Positions 58,003 to 64,000 of a stretch of 64,000 bases of DNA are shown here, one piece after another. This DNA is from an uncultured virus (IMG/VR IMGVR_UViG_3300021959_008943). Its lineage: Duplodnaviria > Heunggongvirae > Uroviricota > Caudoviricetes. The notes under the pieces were generated by a model that saw nothing but the letters and a program-made list of their open reading frames with translations, was not told the DNA's origin and searched no databases. Location of the stretch: the IMG/VR virus record IMGVR_UViG_3300021959_008943; one strand, written 5' to 3'. Made by a program: the position numbers and the translations under genes. Every line of letters begins with the position of its first letter. The first letter of the stretch is position 1.

Positions 58003-58213
58003 TATTATTGCTCTCTAATAGTTGCTGCAGCATTGCTTTAATTTCTGTTACATCTGTCTTTATTTGTTCAAATTCTTCACGTTCTTTAATTTTAGCATCC
58101 CGAGCTCTTCGACGCAAATTAGACTTATCTTTATTTATATTAACTATGGAGTTAGTTCTAACATCTCTGGCTAAATCTGGATATCCTTCAACTTTAATTA
58201 AATAGTCTTTCAT
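57995..58213 (-). CDS. Small hypothetical protein
   Basis: KVEG...L.RD.....I.N with a C-terminal coiled coil; coupled to both neighbours. Confidence 0.75.
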   Translation of the reverse strand: MKDYLIKVEGYPDLARDVRTNSIVNINKDKSNLRRRARDAKIKEREEFEQIKTDVTEIKAMLQQLLESNNNG

Positions 58214-59874
58214 TATATTGTTGCAAGCGTTCTAAGGTTTTTAATAATAGGAACATTGGAAGATCGAGTTGAATTGAAAGTAATTTTTATTTGATATTCA
58301 TCAAACGATTCTATATCAAAAATATTAAATTCATATTGTCTAGTAAAAGGACTTCTTTCGTTCTGAGAATAATTAGATTTATTCGGTGGGTTAATAGTTT
58401 TACTAAATTCTGTCCAATCGATTTCTGATATTCTTGTTGATGATGCGCTTTGATTTGTTCTGTACCAAACAGAGAAATCAGAACCGTGAGGACGGATAGC
58501 ATCCATAATTACTCTGATTGATGTAGCATCATCTTCTAGCACGAATGGTATCGTAATATGTTTAGAAGCAGTAGTACCACCATCAGCATTTGTTTCTGCA
58601 ACATGCGTAATAGTCGATAATACGTTTCTATCGCTATCGCCATCAGAATTAATATCTTCACTTGCAGAATCTTGATAATCAATAAAGTTGCTAATAACTC
58701 CAAAAGATCCTGCATTAACGTTAATGCTAGGAGCAACATACTTATGATCAGTTTTAAGAGTAATATCGAAATATGTAGAAGAACTATCTGCTGCTTCATT
58801 ATTAATTGATTGTACCACATGAGGATCTTTTAGTCTCATAACCTGGCCAATATCAACAGCTACGTTATTCGTTCTAGCTCCTTGGGTTTCTGTTCCGCCA
58901 AACGATTTATGAGTAATAAAATTACCAGTTGCATATATTTCAGTGTGTATTGGTTCATAACGCGGCAGAGATAATATCATATCGTTAATTACATATTGTT
59001 CTGTAGCTTTTACAATATTATTACCAAATCTTCCACTTGAATCTGCTGATGAATCTATCGCAATCGTGTAGCCATACGGATCTGCTTTTGTGATAGTTCT
59101 TTGTCCTACAATACTTGAACCAAAAACACCGCCATAAGATGTTGAGCTATCAAGGCCAGTTAAGTGAACTGTATCACCAGGCAAAAACCCGTGCGATGGG
59201 TGAATCACTTGTGCAGAATCAGCTCCTGCAGTTAATATAATTGGATCAGAAGGATATTTAACTAAGTTTTCTGTAAAGCGATTTTCGGTCAGAGCTTTGA
59301 CTGGGGGAGTAGGAATTCTGACTCTTGCTGTATTAATATTATTAGTAAATACTGCTCTATAAACTTTAAAAGCAATATCTGTATTTTGATCCTTTGACCA
59401 AGTTGTACCATTTGAAGATTGAAAGAATACACCAGCATCTAGCTGATGAGTTACTCTTACTGAATTAGAATTAGGTAATTTATATTCGCCTAATGTTCCT
59501 GCAAAAACTTTGTATTGACTAGCAGGCGCAGCAGTATAGGCCACAATAGCCATTTCAGTATTTCCAGGAACATAAAGTGGTTCTCTAAAAGTAAATTTAT
59601 ATTCTGTCGCATCACTGAAAGTTGCGCTTGCTACTGTACGAATTTGAGCAGCTGATGCTGTAACTCTTGTACCAGGAATAAATTCTTGTGATGATGGATT
59701 ACCACCATTAACGACTGGTCTTAATTCTATAATGATAGGCAAATCATCTTGTAACGCTGTCGGAGCACTTGAAAAGAATAAACCTACACCGGTAAGAACA
59801 GAACCTTGACGCTCTACAACCCTGAATGTTTGAGCCATAGGATTGAGCTGTTCTGTAAGTGAAATTCCAGCCAT
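58213..59874 (-). CDS. VrlC/DUF4815-like structural protein, C-terminal part
   Basis: P.AQTF, F.F..P.Y, G.FF.S.NG.TW...Q..D..F...RA.F and F..YQIKI......P.I..LR..A. Confidence 0.7.
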   Translation of the reverse strand: MAGISLTEQLNPMAQTFRVVERQGSVLTGVGLFFSSAPTALQDDLPIIIELRPVVNGGNPSSQEFIPGTRVTASAAQIRTVASATFSDATEYKFTFREPLYVPGNTEMAIVAYTAAPASQYKVFAGTLGEYKLPNSNSVRVTHQLDAGVFFQSSNGTTWSKDQNTDIAFKVYRAVFTNNINTARVRIPTPPVKALTENRFTENLVKYPSDPIILTAGADSAQVIHPSHGFLPGDTVHLTGLDSSTSYGGVFGSSIVGQRTITKADPYGYTIAIDSSADSSGRFGNNIVKATEQYVINDMILSLPRYEPIHTEIYATGNFITHKSFGGTETQGARTNNVAVDIGQVMRLKDPHVVQSINNEAADSSSTYFDITLKTDHKYVAPSINVNAGSFGVISNFIDYQDSASEDINSDGDSDRNVLSTITHVAETNADGGTTASKHITIPFVLEDDATSIRVIMDAIRPHGSDFSVWYRTNQSASSTRISEIDWTEFSKTINPPNKSNYSQNERSPFTRQYEFNIFDIESFDEYQIKITFNSTRSSNVPIIKNLRTLATI

Positions 59875-61040
59875 TATTGATTCCTCATTTCCATCTTAGT
59901 ATTTGTCAAATATTTTCCAATAAATTTACATAAAGGAACACCAGCATTAAACATTAATCTTCCTGCTAAATTATCTTTATGTTTAGTAGGTTCCATCTTA
60001 TGAGCAATATGTTGAGCCCAACATCTGGTGAATGGGATAACCCATGCATGAAGATATATTTTAGATAAAATAGATCCTGTATTCATCCATTTAATCATAG
60101 GCTCAGCCCATGCATGATATCCTTCTAAAACAACTGGATTTTCTGAAGCTACTATATCGCCAAACTGTTCATCTAAAATCCAGACATCTTTATCAAGATA
60201 ACCTAATTCGTAAATGTAGTTACAAAGAACTGATTCACTATTACTACTATTATTAGCATTTTTACCTGCATCGCTATTATTGTCTTGTGCTGTTATTATC
60301 ACGCCTTGGTTATTTGGCGTGCCCTTGGCGATTGCCACTTCGCCCCAACCAAGCGATTTAGCGTGCTGTTCAGAAACATAATAATTATAGCCATCATTGC
60401 CAAGATAAAGTTTCTTATCGTCGCTGCCACGATCATTGTCAGAGTTGTTGTTTTGCGGAGATTGAGAAGCAGGTACTGTCACCCAATCATAAATTGGCGC
60501 GTCATATGCTACATTAGTTGTTACACTATATTCCCAATACACTTCATATAAACCTGTTGAAACAAATTCGCCTTCAGCATAAGACAGAGCTTTTGATTTA
60601 TCTAAAATATCAATATCAATAGCTGTTATTTTTTTAGTTCCTGTTTTGAACGAAAGAGTATCATTTGATTGTAAATAAAATGCACCACTTAAAGTTCCGC
60701 TGGCATCAGTGCTGATCGGGCCTGAAGCATTTGTAGGACCGCCTTGTGCAGTAGGAAATGATGTAGCAGTAATATAATTATCGCCAGGATTTCTTAATAT
60801 TGAATTTATAGGAGCGTTATTAAAGCTATCTAAATTATAACTAGTATTAACCCATTTTGTAACATCAATACCGTCAAAGAAAATCCAATGGGGTGTGCTT
60901 GGTCTCAAACCCACCATTTCAAAAAAGACAAATTTTGGCTTACAAATAGAAACTGTTTCATAACCTAAGTTGTTTTCATAGGTATTAGTTTCGGATTTGT
61001 ATTTTACTTCTGTTCCAACCTGTTGGTATGCTTGCACCAT
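59874..61040 (-). CDS. VrlC/DUF4815-like middle part with an appended C-terminal helical domain
   Basis: GLRP.T....FFDG.DV..W, TD..G...G.F and F.TG; C-terminal VLC..IY.LG...GYHAWA.P. Confidence 0.65.
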   Translation of the reverse strand: MVQAYQQVGTEVKYKSETNTYENNLGYETVSICKPKFVFFEMVGLRPSTPHWIFFDGIDVTKWVNTSYNLDSFNNAPINSILRNPGDNYITATSFPTAQGGPTNASGPISTDASGTLSGAFYLQSNDTLSFKTGTKKITAIDIDILDKSKALSYAEGEFVSTGLYEVYWEYSVTTNVAYDAPIYDWVTVPASQSPQNNNSDNDRGSDDKKLYLGNDGYNYYVSEQHAKSLGWGEVAIAKGTPNNQGVIITAQDNNSDAGKNANNSSNSESVLCNYIYELGYLDKDVWILDEQFGDIVASENPVVLEGYHAWAEPMIKWMNTGSILSKIYLHAWVIPFTRCWAQHIAHKMEPTKHKDNLAGRLMFNAGVPLCKFIGKYLTNTKMEMRNQ

Positions 61041-61049
61041 ATCTATCTC

Positions 61050-64000
61050 CTATGCTCCACCATCAATATTTTCATTACCTTGGGATGTAACGGTTTTGGT
61101 ATTTATTTCAGCTACTGCTGCTGTAGTTCCTAATTCATAAGAACCATCAACTTTTTTCCGAGTAGTAAATGCGTCGCGTGGTGGTTCAATTGTAGCTGAT
61201 CCTACTGATTTGTTCATCTCAAATTGATTTACATTTATAACTTTTGATGCTACATTTTGATTTATATAAACTTCTTCAGTATATGTAGGCCAAACAGTGT
61301 TACCTTTTTGTTGTACATTGGATGATGTATCAGAATCATAATAAAGAGTAAGAGCTCTACCAAATATCATAGGTGATACTCTACTCATATTACGATCAAT
61401 TCTAGCTCTATAATCCAAATCAGTCATATAAGACTGTATATTACTATTAAAAGTGTCGCCGGTAATACCTTGCTTAACTCTATCTGGTAAAGTGGCATCG
61501 TTTGGATCTTGAACATCTAATTGCTGTAATTCCATTTCTGAAATAGTTAAAGCTGTAAGCTCTTCAACATTATTAAGTCTGTCATTCATTCTACGAATAT
61601 CTGACATTTTAAAGCCACGATGGTCAATAGTTCTTATAAATAAATCATTTTCATTAAATGTATATGGATTTAGCATAACACTGTGCAAAAGCAGTTCATT
61701 CAAAGGAACAGCTGGTGCTACAGGATTAGGTGATGTCTGACCTTTTGTAACAGTAATAAAACCGGTATTAGAAATATGCACAATATCTCTACGAGGCATC
61801 CAGTTTGCTACAGTTCCTGCAGTTATAGTTGCTCCGTTCTTCGGTAAAGGTTCAATGACTGAACCAGTTCCTGTAAATTGAGCTCCAGTATCATTTTTAA
61901 CTGGTCTCATATCAATAACATCTGTTAGTTTATGGAAAATACCAGTACTTGTCGAATATTGCGGTACTTTTTCATATGCAATATCTGGATAAGAATTCTT
62001 ACCCGCAAAATAATCTCCGGCTGAATGTGTGAAATAATCGTATGTTACTGTCACAGTACCACCAGGAACTGTAGATCCACTCTTTACTGTACCAGTACCA
62101 ACTGTGTAGAAATCATCTCTTTGACCGTTATTAAATATAAATCTGTTTGTAATATCTAAACCAGTTGCATCTTCTACAACTGACTTAAATATATAAATGT
62201 CAGGCTTAGTAAGAGTAAATGTTCTGCCAACTATTGAAAGACTTTCAGAATAATTTAGTTGAAGTCTTTTAATTTTTTGAACTGCTGTTTTATTTTCATA
62301 TGCTAATAATGTAACAGCTTTTAGCGCTGGTAATCCTGAGATAGTAGTAACAGCTCCACCTGCAGAATCATATGATGGTGGAGAGAACATTTCACCATCT
62401 GAATCTACTTGAATCATCCAGCTAGCGCCATCGGTAAAATTATTATTTGAAATGTCTGATACTTGGAATGTAGCTATACCTGAAACGTTTGTAGTGTCTG
62501 TAGTAATACGAGTAACTGGCATTGTTACATTTGTGATACTTTGAACTCTTGGCTGGCCAATTGGTATTAGTAAAGAGCTTTGTTGTTTATCAATTAAACT
62601 AATAACACCATTTACGGCTTTTAAATCTGCAAAGTCAGATGAATCCGTACCAATAGCTTTTACGTTTCTAAATGATTTACCAGCATTTAGATTTACATCG
62701 AATAAATGAATTCTATATTCGTTATCGAAATCTTGAATATTTCTAATTCTTGTAGTACCAACTACAGAAGTTTTTCCTATATCATCATATAAATTAACTG
62801 TACTAAAATCACTAATATGGCTAATTAAACCTTTTACATTTGCAGAATCTGCTAATACATAATTACCATATCGTGCTGATATAAACTCATTTGTTTTATT
62901 ATGCAAATCGCTTGTAGTACTTCTCGGTTTTTCTATACGAATTGGATTACTAGCAGATCTTCTTTCTACTCTATTACCATTAATGAATAGGACACCGCCG
63001 CCAACATTAAATCTTAAAAAATTATCATCGCTATCTTCATCGACAATTAAATCAAATTGCGAACCAGGGTTGTTTACAATAAAGTCACCAGTAATATCAT
63101 TAGTTCTTGCATTAATAATACTACCTAATTCACCTAGTGTATCGTTACTTTGATTAATCTTACGTACCACGCCGTTTTGCATTTTTAGAAGAGGATAGAA
63201 CGTTTGACTTGCTGTTACATCTGACTCTTTTGTTAGAGTCATTTTAATTCTATAACGATCAGCACCCGGAGATGTTAGATTCGGTGTTGAACCAGTATTA
63301 TCATATAAAGCGTTATCATCACTTACTGTCACAACATCTTCTGTTAACACATAACCTATTACTTCATCGGGTGCGGGATTATATTTGCTAATAACTAAAC
63401 TTTGTGAATTTACAAAAATAAAATGACCGGCTACAAAGGTATCAAATTTAGGAATTTCGATCATAGAACCTTTACCAATAGCCAAATCATTTTGGTTATT
63501 AGCTGCGATTGTTAATGTTCCGCTACCATCACTTGTAGAATAATTTAAAGTTTCCCCTGCAACAAAAGTTTTTGGCGCAGCTGATGGGTCATCTGAAGTT
63601 AAATTATTTGAACTAATATATCGTACTAATAAGGTATCAGGATCTCCAGCAGCTGCTGGAATGGCAGCTTTTACTGTAGCGCTTATACCATCAGCATTTG
63701 TAATTTTAGTTCCAACTAAAGTAGGATAACTTACGCTTAAAGATCCGAATGAAACTAATTTAACGTAACCTACAGGACTAAACCCACTACTTAGATTTCC
63801 GCTTGATCCAAATATTCCGGCTTCATTAAATAAGAATGAACCAACTCTTGCTAATTCTGATTGAATGATAGTTTGAGACTGAGTTAGCTCTCTTGCTTGC
63901 AAAGCTCTGCCGCTATTAAACAATATTCTGTGATAGTTATCACTATCGCGATAGTCGTCTTTATACTCAGTAGAAAAAGTAGTTTGTATTAGATTAGTTG
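61050..64000 (-). CDS. VrlC/DUF4815-like structural protein, N-terminal part; start lies just outside the window
   Basis: The frame stays open to 64000 (..TNLIQTTFSTEYKDDYRDSDNYHRILFNSGRALQARELTQ.Q). Also PGADRY, GQRD..Y and M.DI.....R..N.E....L...E. Confidence 0.8.
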   Translation of the reverse strand, partial: TNLIQTTFSTEYKDDYRDSDNYHRILFNSGRALQARELTQSQTIIQSELARVGSFLFNEAGIFGSSGNLSSGFSPVGYVKLVSFGSLSVSYPTLVGTKITNADGISATVKAAIPAAAGDPDTLLVRYISSNNLTSDDPSAAPKTFVAGETLNYSTSDGSGTLTIAANNQNDLAIGKGSMIEIPKFDTFVAGHFIFVNSQSLVISKYNPAPDEVIGYVLTEDVVTVSDDNALYDNTGSTPNLTSPGADRYRIKMTLTKESDVTASQTFYPLLKMQNGVVRKINQSNDTLGELGSIINARTNDITGDFIVNNPGSQFDLIVDEDSDDNFLRFNVGGGVLFINGNRVERRSASNPIRIEKPRSTTSDLHNKTNEFISARYGNYVLADSANVKGLISHISDFSTVNLYDDIGKTSVVGTTRIRNIQDFDNEYRIHLFDVNLNAGKSFRNVKAIGTDSSDFADLKAVNGVISLIDKQQSSLLIPIGQPRVQSITNVTMPVTRITTDTTNVSGIATFQVSDISNNNFTDGASWMIQVDSDGEMFSPPSYDSAGGAVTTISGLPALKAVTLLAYENKTAVQKIKRLQLNYSESLSIVGRTFTLTKPDIYIFKSVVEDATGLDITNRFIFNNGQRDDFYTVGTGTVKSGSTVPGGTVTVTYDYFTHSAGDYFAGKNSYPDIAYEKVPQYSTSTGIFHKLTDVIDMRPVKNDTGAQFTGTGSVIEPLPKNGATITAGTVANWMPRRDIVHISNTGFITVTKGQTSPNPVAPAVPLNELLLHSVMLNPYTFNENDLFIRTIDHRGFKMSDIRRMNDRLNNVEELTALTISEMELQQLDVQDPNDATLPDRVKQGITGDTFNSNIQSYMTDLDYRARIDRNMSRVSPMIFGRALTLYYDSDTSSNVQQKGNTVWPTYTEEVYINQNVASKVINVNQFEMNKSVGSATIEPPRDAFTTRKKVDGSYELGTTAAVAEINTKTVTSQGNENIDGGA

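Noticed and set aside
1216..58139. Intragenic TATAAATA matches (for example 1216, 4266, 28896, 58132)
   Set aside because: Several chance hits are expected in AT-rich DNA. The hits at 28896 and 58132 are plausibly placed but unsupported.
1..64000. tRNAs, introns, inteins, homing endonucleases, stop-codon reassignment
   Set aside because: Core genes are uninterrupted and of expected size, intergenic gaps are short with no cloverleaf seen, and the standard code gives dense coding.

Overview
This is a 64-kb segment of an AT-rich T4-like myophage genome, probably marine, with almost all genes on the minus strand. No cyanophage hallmark genes were seen. A ROSE-type thermometer, an IbpA-like Hsp20 and a DUF1127 gene hint at a proteobacterial, possibly alphaproteobacterial, host. 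Left to right: a small stress module (DUF1127, hsp20); replication, recombination and transcription genes (regA, gp62, dexA-like, gp44, gp45, gp46, gp47, gp55, uvsW, uvsY); the conserved head/tail block (gp3, gp23-gp13); an accessory island of about 20 kb (23.2-42.9 kb); then fibre and baseplate-associated genes up to a three-way split VrlC/DUF4815-like locus that runs off the right edge. The most notable element is the island. Three tandem, translationally coupled collagen-like genes have length-matched Gly-X-Y domains (413, 403 and 413 residues by manual count) and S74-type autocleaving chaperones. Directly downstream are six 2OG-Fe(II) oxygenase domains, two GT2 glycosyltransferases (one fused to an oxygenase, one to a methyltransferase), an NDP-sugar 4,6-dehydratase and Pro/Ser/Thr-rich putative virion proteins. 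The inferred function is a phage-encoded collagen/virion hydroxylation-glycosylation pathway. Asp-Ser dipeptides also appear enriched in the putative virion proteins. All assignments come from motif recognition by eye; no database searches were run.
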